Position numbers and translations under genes: made by a program
The notes under the pieces: model-generated
Seen by the model: the letters and a program-made list of their open reading frames with translations, nothing else
What the model was told of the DNA's origin: nothing
The model's database searches: none
Part shown: piece after piece, positions 25,758 through 34,990 of the stretch
Numbering within the stretch: position 1 is the stretch's first letter
How the letters are laid out: each line of letters starts with the position of its first letter
Source: a virus
Lineage: Duplodnaviria; Caudoviricetes
IMG/VR virus record: IMGVR_UViG_3300036859_000863
Location: 1 to 56,656 of that record
Reading direction: 5' to 3' (one strand)
Length of the DNA stretch: 56,656 nucleotides

Positions 25758-26185
25758 CGGCCGTCGTGACCGGGTCGGGGGCTGCCACCCTGGCTCCCGG
25801 CCCGGTGCGACGGTTCCGGGCGGTCGACGTGATCGCCCGCACCGGATGCAGCGAGCGGCAGCTCACGTACTGGCGCATGTACGGTGGGATCGGAAGGGTG
25901 CGAGGCGCTATCGCCTGGTTCTCGTGGCGTGAGCTGCTTCTCGCCGGCTGCTGGGTGGCGATGCACGGCGGCTGGGAGCACGGTTCGAACAACACCCAGA
26001 TCGGGGTGCTGCGCGAGACGGTTCGCATGGCGTTCGACGAGGACGACTGGGCGCGGTGGCTGCTGGTGCGACCCGGCGAGTATCACTGGGTGGTCGACGA
26101 GGCGAACCTGCCCGACCTGGTGGCGACCTCGGGGCCGGCGTGGTGGCTGCTCGATGTCGCCCAGATCATGGAGGGCCTGCGGTGA
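25754..26185 (+). CDS. Hypothetical protein with MerR-like HTH
   Basis: DVIARTGCSERQLTYW...FSWREL. Confidence 0.5.
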   Translation: MTAVVTGSGAATLAPGPVRRFRAVDVIARTGCSERQLTYWRMYGGIGRVRGAIAWFSWRELLLAGCWVAMHGGWEHGSNNTQIGVLRETVRMAFDEDDWARWLLVRPGEYHWVVDEANLPDLVATSGPAWWLLDVAQIMEGLR

Positions 26186-26460
26186 CGTACATCGAGCGAG
26201 AGCGGGGCGACCGGCGGCAGGGGCCGCGGCGGCTGGAGGAGGTCGAGCTACACTACGCCGAACAGGCACTGGTAGCGACGGCGCTGGAGGTCAGCTCGTG
26301 GCGAGAACCACCGGGCTCGGCGCTCGACCGGCTCGACCGGGCCGCCGACGGCTACCGTGCGGCGCTACGCCGCCTGCAGGAAGCCCGGAGGGCACGCCAG
26401 GAGGCCGCAGAGGCCGCCGCGACCGTTCCCGGCGACGCGACCACGAGCGGGTCGCCGTGA
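26182..26460 (+). CDS. Hypothetical protein
   Basis: GTGA coupling at both ends; helical sequence. Confidence 0.5.
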   Translation: MTYIERERGDRRQGPRRLEEVELHYAEQALVATALEVSSWREPPGSALDRLDRAADGYRAALRRLQEARRARQEAAEAAATVPGDATTSGSP

Positions 26461-26633
26461 GCCGCTCTCTGGGCCGTGTGGCGGTCGCGCTCGTCTCCGG
26501 GGTGGCGGCGACGCTGCTGCTGGTGTGGCTGGCCGACGTGAAGGGCGCGTGGCGGTTGGCGGCCGGCTGCGGGATCGTCTACGCCGGGCTGCTGTTCCTG
26601 GCGACCGATGCCGACCCTGAGGAGGACGAGTGA
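26457..26633 (+). CDS. Small two-TM membrane protein
   Basis: VAVALVSGVAATLLLVWLA...LAAGCGIVYAGLLFLA. Confidence 0.55.
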   Translation: MSRSLGRVAVALVSGVAATLLLVWLADVKGAWRLAAGCGIVYAGLLFLATDADPEEDE

Positions 26634-26803
26634 GGACGTGGCTGCGCACATCGATGGTGGTCACCCGAGCTTGGTTCACGGGCCTCGTGCTCGTACTAGC
26701 GGCCGATCCGCTTCCAGGCGCGCTCGGTGGGCTCGCCCTCGTAGTCGGAATCGGGCTTGTCCTGTGGGACTGGCTGTTAGCCGTGACCGAGGGCAACCGG
26801 TGA
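26630..26803 (+). CDS. Small two-TM membrane protein
   Basis: VRTWLRTSMVVTRAWFTGLVLVLAADPLPGALGGLALVVGIGLVLWDWLLAVTEGNR*; GTGA overlaps. Confidence 0.5.
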   Translation: MRTWLRTSMVVTRAWFTGLVLVLAADPLPGALGGLALVVGIGLVLWDWLLAVTEGNR

Positions 26804-29778
26804 CTGTTCCCTCTGCCCTAGAAGTCCTCATCGACGCGTTGCCGCCGTTAACGCACGGTGGACAGGGTTACTACCAGGAGGCGGTAGCCAGCAACCTGCT
26901 TGATGCGCTGTCTGCTGCCGGATACGTGATCGTTCCCCGCTGGCTGCTGATCGGCTTGGTCGACTGCCACGAGTTCCCCAGTTCCGAACGGTGCGAGTTT
27001 GTGGCCGAAGCCCGCCGGACGCTGGCTCCGGAAGCGAATACAGAATGAAGGCTCCGCGCAATCCAGACGGCACACTACGGTGGTGTGATACGGAAGGCCC
27101 GCCCGAAAGCACCTACGACGATACGGTCCCAATCGTGCGCTGCGCCGAGCTATACGGCCACGACGGAGCCCACGAGAACGGCTCATGGAAGTGGCCCGCC
27201 GAGCCAGAACCGAGCACAGAATGAACCGCGTCACTAGGGTGTACTTCCCGTTTCCGTTGCGCTCCGACTTCTTGGCGGTCATAGAGATGCCCGAGCGGTT
27301 CACGGCTGAGGAGGCGGAACGTGTCTGCGCCTATGTGCGGTCATTGGCTGTTGATGAGCCGGAACCGAGCGAGCCGTGACCAAGTATCAATGCCCTCTGT
27401 GCCGAGGGCCGCACGGGTCGCAGGACTGCCCAAGCCTTGCTCCTACCGAACGTGATCTACCGGGGGTCCCAGTCGCGGAACCGAGCGAGCCGTGAGCGCC
27501 GACATCTGCCCTGTGGTCGGACAGACGTTAGAGGGCCATCACCACGGCTGTTCGCTCGGCAAGGGCCACGACGGCTACCACGTCTGTTTCAAGTGCCGAG
27601 GCACGTTCGCCGATTGGGATTGCTGGTCTGAGCCGCTAGCGAAACTGCGGGCGGTTTCTTCTACAGAGGAAGGGAACGAGCCGTGAGCGCCGAGCGCCAC
27701 CAAGACGGCGCTAAGCACACCGAACGCTGCAATCACGCCCTGTGTCCGTGCTACCTGGAAGGGATGGCAGCAGGGTTGAAGCCAACCGGGCGGGTGCTGC
27801 ATGAAGTGCTCGCGGCGGTTTCTTCTACAGAGGACCAAGACCAATGAGCTACACGACCACCCACACTCACACGATCACCGAGTTCGCCAATCCGTACTTG
27901 CGCTGCGACGTGTGCGGTCAGCCGGTCGAAGGCATGATCGCTCTAGAGGGCCAGGCCACGACCTGTAACCACAGAGGCGAACTGATCCCCTGCCGCCACC
28001 TCGGCGTCACCAGCATCTGCCCGTCGTGGAGCCCGGTTGTGGGTGTCGGCTGCCGCTGCCAAGAACATCTCGGCTACGTACCACACGCAGAGGACCAAGA
28101 CCAATGAGCGGGAGTCGTCAGAAGATCGTCAATGGCAAAGCCTTCGACTGGCCGTACACATGGCGCTGTCTTGACTGTGGCTACGTCGGCCATTCCAACT
28201 TCCACGATTTGAGCGGCCCGAACATTCATGGCACCCAGCCCGGCGTGTCCGGGTTTCTTCTACAGAGGACCAAGACCCATGAGCGTTGACTGCTGTTCAA
28301 TCGAACACCCCCATAACGGGGCACCCCCACCGGACGGCCAACACCACTGGCTGAGAGCCGTGAGCGGAGAACCAGCAACGAGCCAAGACCTCTCAGGAGA
28401 CCAAGCCGTGAGCGTTGTAGAGGCACTTGCCAAGAGTCTGTGGGAGATCGGCAACCGACGAATCGGTCACCGGCCCTGGGAGACTGTCGCTGACACCTAC
28501 CTGGCGGAAGCGCAGGAGGCGCTCGACACGTTAAGCCTGGCGGGCTACACGCTCGGAACCACTGATCTTGAAGCCGAGCTCGCCACCCTCCACACCAAGC
28601 TCAGCGATTTGCAGTTGGCTATCGCTGATACGGAGGACGACCACCACGGCGAACATACGGCGTGGAAACAGGAGATCGCCACTCTTCGCAGCATCATCCG
28701 CCGCTACCAGTCGGGATGGTTCCTGAGCGACGATTGGCCCGGCAAGTGGTGTCACAAGCGCTGGCCGAACGAGATGCAAACTCCCGATGAGGTCGCCTTC
28801 TTCGAGCAGGAAGCCGAGAACGATGCCTGACATGTTCATGGGCCCACCAACCGAACCCGTTGCCGAAGCGGCACCGATGCCGACGAACCTTGCCGCTCAC
28901 CGAGCCGCTTGGAGTGCATCCCTTGAAGAAGAATCACCAGCGGGCGAAGCTGAACGTGCCTTCTCATACATCGAGGCTCTTGAAGCCGAGAACAAGACCC
29001 TCCGCTCACAGGTGGCTGAACTTCGTGGACGGCATGGATGGCAGACAGGTGTTGGAGCAGACGGTCGCCTTCTTCCAACAGGAGGCCGGGAGGTGAGTTG
29101 GTTTGACCCACCAATGCGAGACGGGTTCTACGATCAGGAGACTGCACTGATAGCGGTGGTTGAGTTCTGGATCAAGGGTGGCCCTAGTCACTCAGATGAT
29201 TTGCCGTTCGGCCCATACAAACGACAGCTTGAAGCGGTCGAGTCGGGAGTTGAGATGCTCAAGTCCGGAAGGTGGCAGTGGTTCACGATCGAGCAAAGGC
29301 TGGTGTTGCCGTGAGCCCGTCACTGGACGAACTGCAAGTTGTTTACGAGCATGCCACCTACCCGCAGAACCTCAAGGCAGCCAAGGCGTACATCGATGCT
29401 CTCCGCCAAGCCCTAGAGGAAGCCACCGCCCGCTGCGATGAACTGATCCGACTCCACAACGAGGACTTCATCGGATCGGCACGATGGTACAGCGAGATGG
29501 TGGGGGAACGGGACGCCGCTCGGGTTGAGGTCAACCGCTTAGAGGCCGTGAACGAACGGCTACGGCACCGGCAGTGGTCGCCTCACGCGGTGGAAGAACT
29601 GCGAGCCGAGAACGAAATAGCGCATCACAACGTCGGGGCATTGCAAGCGGAAGTGTTTCAGCTTCGTTCCCTGCTCACCGAGATAGCCGCCTGTGACACC
29701 CGATCGGTCGGGGTCGGTTACACGACGCTAGAGATGACCAGCGACCTGTGGGACCGCATCCAACAAACCACGCCATGA
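26800..29778 (+). other. Lower-GC array of ~11 translationally coupled micro-genes (26800-27048, 27045-27224, 27221-27379, 27376-27495, 27492-27686, 27683-27847, 27844-28107, 28104-28289, 28279-28830, 28823-29314, 29311-29778)
   Basis: Consecutive ORFs mostly overlap by ATGA/GTGA; many are Cys/His-rich; C-termini end in repeated EPSTE/EPSEP/VSSTEDQDQ peptides. Confidence 0.75.
27028..28413 (+). repeat. Junction repeats GAACCGAGC(GAGCCGTGA) and GGTTTCTTCTACAGAGGACCAAGACCAATGAGC
   Basis: Copies start at ~27028, 27204, 27359, 27475, 27651, 27815, 28088, 28251 and (degenerate) 28394. Confidence 0.85.
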
Positions 29779-30404
29779 CTCAAAACCCCAACCCCGCACG
29801 CCAAGGCAAATGCCCCGGCACCAACCGACGCGGCGAACCATGCGGCCGCCCCGCCGGCGAAGGCACCGACTACACAGGCGTAGAAGGCGCCCTCTGCCGC
29901 TTCCACACAGGCTGCACCCCGAACGGCGAGAAACACAACCAACGACTCGCCGCCGAACAGGCCGCCGCCAAACACCGCCTGGAACTGGTCGACGTCGAAC
30001 TCCCGACCCGCGACCCCGGCGAACGGCTGCTCTGGCTGGTAGCGATGTGCTCCTGCCAGGTCGAGTTCTACGCCCGCAAGGTCCAGGAGCTCGACGACCA
30101 GCAGCTGGTGCAGGGGGTGCAGCAGATCGTCGAGACCCGCTCGGCGGCCGGCGACGTCGAGCGCCGCACGGTCGTCGGCAGCACCCCGAACGTGTGGCTG
30201 CGACTGTTGAACGACAAGCAGCGGCAGCTGGCGGAGGTGTGCCGCGACGCGATGCGGGCGGGCGTGGAGGAGCGCATGGTGCGGCTGGCGGAGCGGCAGG
30301 CGGAGACGATGGTTCGGGTGCTGCGCCTGTCGCTGGCCGAGTATGGCCTGGACGGCGCCGACGCCGACCGGGTGGTGGCGCGGCACCTGCGGGCCGTCGA
30401 ATAG
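29775..30404 (+). CDS. terS: Terminase small subunit
   Basis: C.GTNRRGEPC.RPAG.GT...G..CRFH.G.TP N-terminus; NVWLRL...AMRAGVEERMVRLAE; upstream of terL. Confidence 0.7.
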   Translation: MTQNPNPARQGKCPGTNRRGEPCGRPAGEGTDYTGVEGALCRFHTGCTPNGEKHNQRLAAEQAAAKHRLELVDVELPTRDPGERLLWLVAMCSCQVEFYARKVQELDDQQLVQGVQQIVETRSAAGDVERRTVVGSTPNVWLRLLNDKQRQLAEVCRDAMRAGVEERMVRLAERQAETMVRVLRLSLAEYGLDGADADRVVARHLRAVE

Positions 30405-30440
30405 ACCCGGCGGGGCTGCGACGCTAGTGGTAGCGTCCCC

Positions 30441-30906
30441 GGGCGTGACGCCGCCGACTGGACCCCCGCCCTCCGATCGGCCGCAGAACGCGAAGGAGGG
30501 CCGCCAGACGAACTGACGACCCTCCGACACGTCGATTTGGCACTTACAGGTGACGTGGGGAAGGTTAACACCCGCGCAAGGTCGCGACGACATCAAAGAC
30601 GCCTACGGCAAGCCGAGGGGTCACCCGATAACGCTCATGGGAAGCGACGGGAAGGGACCTGCTTACCAACCGAGCCAGCAATGCGCCGAGCGCCCTGGCC
30701 GGGAACACCGGGAGCCCACACCGTTCCAGCAGTTACTGCTGGCCAAGCCGGGACCGGCCGAAATCCGGGGAGGGTGACGCTGCGCCTGAGAGGGACGCGT
30801 TGGGGTAACGGTCGTGGTCGGAGTTTCACGAAGCTCGCCAGCGCAGACTTCCAGTCGGTCGGCTGCACCCGTTCCCGCCCAAGCGAATGGGTGCGGTCAC
30901 GCGCCC
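30441..30906 (+). ncRNA. Putative ~465-nt large structured ncRNA between terS and terL
   Basis: The 5' and 3' ends pair (GCGUGAC 30443-49 with GUCACGC 30896-902; 13-bp 30450-62 with 30850-63), with a 10-bp hairpin at 30865-94 and many internal helices. TAGCGT -10-like box at 30431-36. No credible CDS. Confidence 0.7.
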
Positions 30907-30908
30907 CT

Positions 30909-30930
30909 GTATATCCGCGTGATATACGAT
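30909..30930 (+). promoter_or_regulatory. Palindromic operator GTATATC-N5-GATATAC overlapping -10 TACGAT
   Basis: Perfect 7-bp inverted repeat; GTG start 7 nt after the -10 (leaderless RHH gene). Confidence 0.55.
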
Positions 30931-30937
30931 GGCAGTC

Positions 30938-31222
30938 GTGGCACGGAAGATGATCCAGACCCGGCTCGACGAGGCCCTCGTGACCGCGTTCGACGCCAGC
31001 GCCGAACGGCGTGGGCTGACCCGCACGGCGGCGATCGAGAAGCTGATGCGTCGCCAGGTCGAGGTCGACGCTCGCACCGACGAGTACCCGATGGACTTCG
31101 CCAAGCGACCGCCCGAGAGATTCGTCGCGGACCAGAAGCCGTCGACCTGCAGGCATCCGATCGGGCAGCGCATCGGCGACTCGTGCGCGGCGTGCGGTGC
31201 GAAGGTGTCAAAGGCGAAGTGA
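30938..31222 (+). CDS. Ribbon-helix-helix DNA-binding protein with C-terminal Zn motif
   Basis: KMIQTRLDEALVTAFDASAERRGLTRTAAIEKLMR; C.H...CAAC. Confidence 0.65.
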   Translation: MARKMIQTRLDEALVTAFDASAERRGLTRTAAIEKLMRRQVEVDARTDEYPMDFAKRPPERFVADQKPSTCRHPIGQRIGDSCAACGAKVSKAK

Positions 31223-32667
31223 CGCTGCTGCGATCGGTCGAAGAGGTGGCGGCCAATTTGCTCGACCCGCCGGCGTCCGGTCTGAACGTCGACCCGGTGC
31301 GCTGGGTGCGGGAGCGGCTACGGGCCGAGCCGTGGTCGGTGGAGGCGGAGATCCTGGAGGCGATCCGCGACCACGGGGAGGTGGCGGTGCAGTCGTGCCA
31401 CAACATCGGCAAGGACTGGACGGCGGCGGCGGCGGCGTGCTGGTGGCTGGACGTCCACAAGCCGGGCAGCGCGTTCGTGGTGTCGACGGCGCCGACGGGG
31501 CATCAGGTGAAGGCGATCCTGTGGCGGTACATCGGCCGCATGCATCGGGCCGGGGGGCTGCCGGGGCGGGTGAACCTGTCGGAGTGGTACATCGGGCCGG
31601 AGCTGGTGGGGTTCGGCCGCAAGCCGGCGGAGTACACGCCGGAGGCGTTCCAGGGGATCCACGCCCCGCACGTGCTCGTCGTATTGGACGAGGCGTCGGG
31701 CATCCCCGGGTCGCTGTGGGAGGCGTCGTCGTCGCTGACGTCGAACGAGGGCAGCCGTACTTTGGCGATCGGGAACCCGGACCGCACCGGCTCCGAGTTC
31801 TGGCGGGTGTGTCAGCCGGGGTCGGGGTGGCGGGTGATCCAGGTCGGGTTCGAGCGCACCCCGAACTTCACGGGCGAGCGGATCGCCCCGGAGCTGGCGG
31901 CCGAGCTGATCTCGCCCGGCTGGGTCGAGTCGCGCCGGGCGCGGTGGGGTGAGGAGTCGCCGCTGTTCATGGCGAAGTGCCGGGGTCTGTTCCCGGACGA
32001 CGCCGACGACGGGGTGGTGCCGGCGTCGAAGCTGGCGGTGTGCCGCCAGGAGCGGGAGGTGCCGCTGCCGGACGACGGGTCGGTGCAGCTCGGCGTAGAC
32101 GTCGGCGCGTCGGAGACGGGCGACCAGACGGTGATCCGCGAGCGCCGGGGCCGGAAGGCCGGTCGGGTGTGGCGGCTGCGGACGGGGGACAGCATGCGGA
32201 TCGTGGGCGAGGTCGTGAACGCGGTGCGCGAGTCGGGGGCGACGCTGGTGGCGGTAGACGTGATCGGCGTCGGCTTCGGGGTCGCCGGCCGGCTCACCGA
32301 GGTGCTCGCCGAGCTGCCAGAACTCAAGTGCACGGTGGTGGGCGTGAACGTAGGCGAGGCCGCCAAGCAGCCGACCCGGTTCGTACGGTTGCGGTCGGAG
32401 TTGTGGTGGGAGATCGGCCGGGAGCTGACGGTGGAGGCCGGCTGGGACCTGTCGGGGATCGACGACGACACCGCCGCCGACCTGACCGCACCCCGCTACA
32501 CGTTGGACAGCTCGGGGCGGGTGAAGGTCGAGTCGAAGGACGACGTGCGAGCACGGCTGGGGCGGTCGACGGACGACGCCGACGCGCTGCTGCTGGCGTT
32601 CTACGAGGCGTCGTCCCCTGGGCAGGTGGCGGACTCATCGATGTACGAGAGACCGCTCGGCTGGTAA
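31219..32667 (+). CDS. terL: Terminase large subunit
   Basis: VAVQSCHNIGKD (Walker A), STAPT..QV, VVLDEASG (Walker B), IGNP, LGVDVG, VDVIGVGFGV, ESKDDVRARLGRSTDDADALLLAF. Confidence 0.92.
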   Translation: MTLLRSVEEVAANLLDPPASGLNVDPVRWVRERLRAEPWSVEAEILEAIRDHGEVAVQSCHNIGKDWTAAAAACWWLDVHKPGSAFVVSTAPTGHQVKAILWRYIGRMHRAGGLPGRVNLSEWYIGPELVGFGRKPAEYTPEAFQGIHAPHVLVVLDEASGIPGSLWEASSSLTSNEGSRTLAIGNPDRTGSEFWRVCQPGSGWRVIQVGFERTPNFTGERIAPELAAELISPGWVESRRARWGEESPLFMAKCRGLFPDDADDGVVPASKLAVCRQEREVPLPDDGSVQLGVDVGASETGDQTVIRERRGRKAGRVWRLRTGDSMRIVGEVVNAVRESGATLVAVDVIGVGFGVAGRLTEVLAELPELKCTVVGVNVGEAAKQPTRFVRLRSELWWEIGRELTVEAGWDLSGIDDDTAADLTAPRYTLDSSGRVKVESKDDVRARLGRSTDDADALLLAFYEASSPGQVADSSMYERPLGW

Positions 32668-32707
32668 GACCCCTGCCGGTTGCGTCGAGGGCGTAACGTG
32701 GCAGGCG

Positions 32708-33022
32708 ATGTGGCTGACCGTGCTATTGACGTTGCTGGCGGTAGCGCGGGCGACGCGTCTGCTGACGGTTGATACGTTCCCGCCGATCGCGTCGGTCAAG
32801 GGTCGTCTGGTGCGAGCGAATGCTCCCGACTGGCTGATCTACATGTTCGGGACCGGCAAGAAGGACGAGCCCGGTTGCCCGTGGTGCGTGTCGGTGTGGC
32901 TGGCGGCGCCGGTCGTCTGGCTGGTCGACGTGCACGTCGCCGGCGGGCTGGTCGCCCCGGTGCTGGTGTGGGCGGCGAGCAGCGTGGCGGCCGGGTACAT
33001 GGTCGGTTTGGAGCCGGAGTGA
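32708..33022 (+). CDS. DUF1360-like membrane protein
   Basis: LAVARATRLLTVDT...CPWCVSVW; typical position between terL and portal. Confidence 0.7.
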   Translation: MWLTVLLTLLAVARATRLLTVDTFPPIASVKGRLVRANAPDWLIYMFGTGKKDEPGCPWCVSVWLAAPVVWLVDVHVAGGLVAPVLVWAASSVAAGYMVGLEPE

Positions 33023-33216
33023 TCGTGACGTTCCCGGTCGAGGAGGTCACCGAGCGGGGGACGGTGCGGTCGGGGTCGGTGACGTTCGAGTTCCAGGAGG
33101 GGGAGCGGATGACCGGCTGGTGGGAGTGCCCGCCGGGGCTGCGGCAGTGGGTGGTGCCGGTGTCGGTGGTGAACCTGGAGCTGACGAGACGGGAGCTGGA
33201 GGACGGCTGTGGCTGA
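33019..33216 (+). CDS. Small hypothetical protein
   Basis: GTGA coupling; fills the gap before the portal gene. Confidence 0.45.
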   Translation: MIVTFPVEEVTERGTVRSGSVTFEFQEGERMTGWWECPPGLRQWVVPVSVVNLELTRRELEDGCG

Positions 33217-34990
33217 CCGTCGGATCCGGCGCCGGGAGCAGCCGAACTCGTTCACGGCGGCGGCGCAGCTGTTGGACGCCGGGAACCGGATGGCGGTGCC
33301 GCGGGTCGAGTCGTGGCAGGACGAGGCGTGGGGCCACTACGACGACGGCGCCGAGGTGTGGTACGCGTCGGAGTGGTTCGGGAACGGCCTGTCGCGGGCC
33401 CGGCTGGTGGCGGCGAAGCGGCCGGTGTCGCCGGGCGACGAGCCGGAGGTGGTGCACGACGGCCGGCCGGCGGAGCTGGTGTCGCTGGTCGCCGGGGGGG
33501 TGACCGGGCAGTCGGCGATGCTGCAGAACGTGGGGGTGCACCTGCAGGTGCCGGGCGACAGCTACGTGACGGCGCAGACCGACGCCACCGAGACGTCGTG
33601 GATGGTGCTGTCCCCGGACGAGGTGCAGGTCGACAAGGCGGGCGGGGTCGATGTGTGGAAGGTGCAGACCGAGGAGAACGTGTGGGTGCCGTTGCCGGTG
33701 GAGTCGCACGTGATTCGGGTGTGGCGGCCGCACAAGCGGCGTCATTGGCAGGCCGACTCGCCGGTCAGACATGCGCTGGCGACGTTGCGGGAACTACGGC
33801 ACGCAAGCGAGCACATCGACGCGTCGCTGCTGTCGCGGCTGTCGGGGTTCGGGCTGTTCCTGTACCCGTCGGAGGCGGTGTTCCCGGTGAAGGAGAAGTT
33901 CGCGAACGAGCCGGACCCGTTCGCCGCCGAGTTCATGGAGGTCGCCCAGCTGGCGATCAAGAACCGGGGTTCGGCGGCGGCGCGGATCCCGCTGTTCACG
34001 CAGATGAAGGGCGAGCTGATCGGCCTGTGCCGGCACATGATGTTCGAGTCGCCGCTCGACGACAAGGCGATCGCGCTGCGGGAGGCGGCGATCCGCCGGT
34101 ACGCGACGGCGGCGGACATGCCGGGCGAGGTGCTGCTGGGGGTGGGGGACATCAACCACTGGGGGCAGTGGTTCATCGAGGACTCGGCGATCAAGATGAA
34201 CTTCGTGCCGGCGTTGGAGCTGATCGTCGACGCCCTCACCCGGGCGTACCTGCGGCCGATGCTGGAGGCGGAGGCGGCGACGGACGGAAACCGCGAGTTC
34301 GTGGCGGACGAGTGGATGGTGTGGTTCGACACGTCGGAGATGACCGCCAACCCGGACCGCTCGGACGACGCTATCGCGCTGTACGATCGGCTGGAGATCA
34401 ACGGGGCGGCGCTGCGGCGGGAGACCGGCCTGGACGAGGCGGACGCCCCGACCGACGAGGAGGTGGCGGCGCTGGCGGCCCGCAAGCTGCTGACGTCCCC
34501 GCTGACCGCGATACAGGGTTTACAGCTGCTAGGGATCGACGCCTCCGACCTAACCCCGCCGGCGTCCGCCCCGGTGGCCGCGGCGCCGCCGTCGCCGAAC
34601 GGCCAGGGCGAAGGACCGCCGGTGGGGGAGGAGCAGCCGGAGGCGACGCAGCAGATCGCGGCGTCGGTGATCGCGGCGGCGTACCCGATCGTGCACCGGG
34701 CTCTGGAGGTCGCCGGGAACCGTGCCCGCTCCAAACTGGGAGGCGCCCAGAAGCTCTCGGGAAGCCCGGCGGACTGCGCGCCGGAGCTGATGCACACGTG
34801 CGCCGACCCGGAGGTGTGCGGCGGCGCCGACTTCCTGCTGGCGGGGGCGTGGGACAAGGTCCCGACGTTGGCCGGCTACCTGGGAGTTGACCCGGAGGAT
34901 TTGACGTTGCGGCTCGACACGTTCGCCCGCACGCTGCTCGCTCGACGCACACCGCTGTCGCGTGAGGCGCTAGAGGCAGCGCTAACGTGA
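33209..34990 (+). CDS. Portal protein
   Basis: SWQDEAW..YD...E, SRARL, RVWRPH.....ADSP, SRL.G.G.L..P.E, A..LR..AIRR.A...DMP.EVLLG...NHW; position after terL. Confidence 0.85.
   Translation: MADRRIRRREQPNSFTAAAQLLDAGNRMAVPRVESWQDEAWGHYDDGAEVWYASEWFGNGLSRARLVAAKRPVSPGDEPEVVHDGRPAELVSLVAGGVTGQSAMLQNVGVHLQVPGDSYVTAQTDATETSWMVLSPDEVQVDKAGGVDVWKVQTEENVWVPLPVESHVIRVWRPHKRRHWQADSPVRHALATLRELRHASEHIDASLLSRLSGFGLFLYPSEAVFPVKEKFANEPDPFAAEFMEVAQLAIKNRGSAAARIPLFTQMKGELIGLCRHMMFESPLDDKAIALREAAIRRYATAADMPGEVLLGVGDINHWGQWFIEDSAIKMNFVPALELIVDALTRAYLRPMLEAEAATDGNREFVADEWMVWFDTSEMTANPDRSDDAIALYDRLEINGAALRRETGLDEADAPTDEEVAALAARKLLTSPLTAIQGLQLLGIDASDLTPPASAPVAAAPPSPNGQGEGPPVGEEQPEATQQIAASVIAAAYPIVHRALEVAGNRARSKLGGAQKLSGSPADCAPELMHTCADPEVCGGADFLLAGAWDKVPTLAGYLGVDPEDLTLRLDTFARTLLARRTPLSREALEAALT

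Noticed and set aside
27028-28413. CRISPR array interpretation of the junction repeats
   Set aside because: Spacing is ~115-275 bp and irregular, the intervening DNA is coding, and no cas genes were recognised.
30412-30906. tmRNA, RNase P RNA or self-splicing intron identity for the large structured region
   Set aside because: GGGGCTG at 30412 resembles a tmRNA 5' end, but no matching acceptor stem, T-loop or CCA was found. No GAGGAAAGUCC (RNase P), group I P/Q/R/S or group II domain V motif was seen, and it does not interrupt a gene.
30537-30953. ORFs 30537-30953, 30550-30777, 30635-31156 (-) and the 30814 extension of terL
   Set aside because: Arg/Pro/Gly-rich shadow-type translations with no SD or motifs; terL homology begins at GTG 31219.
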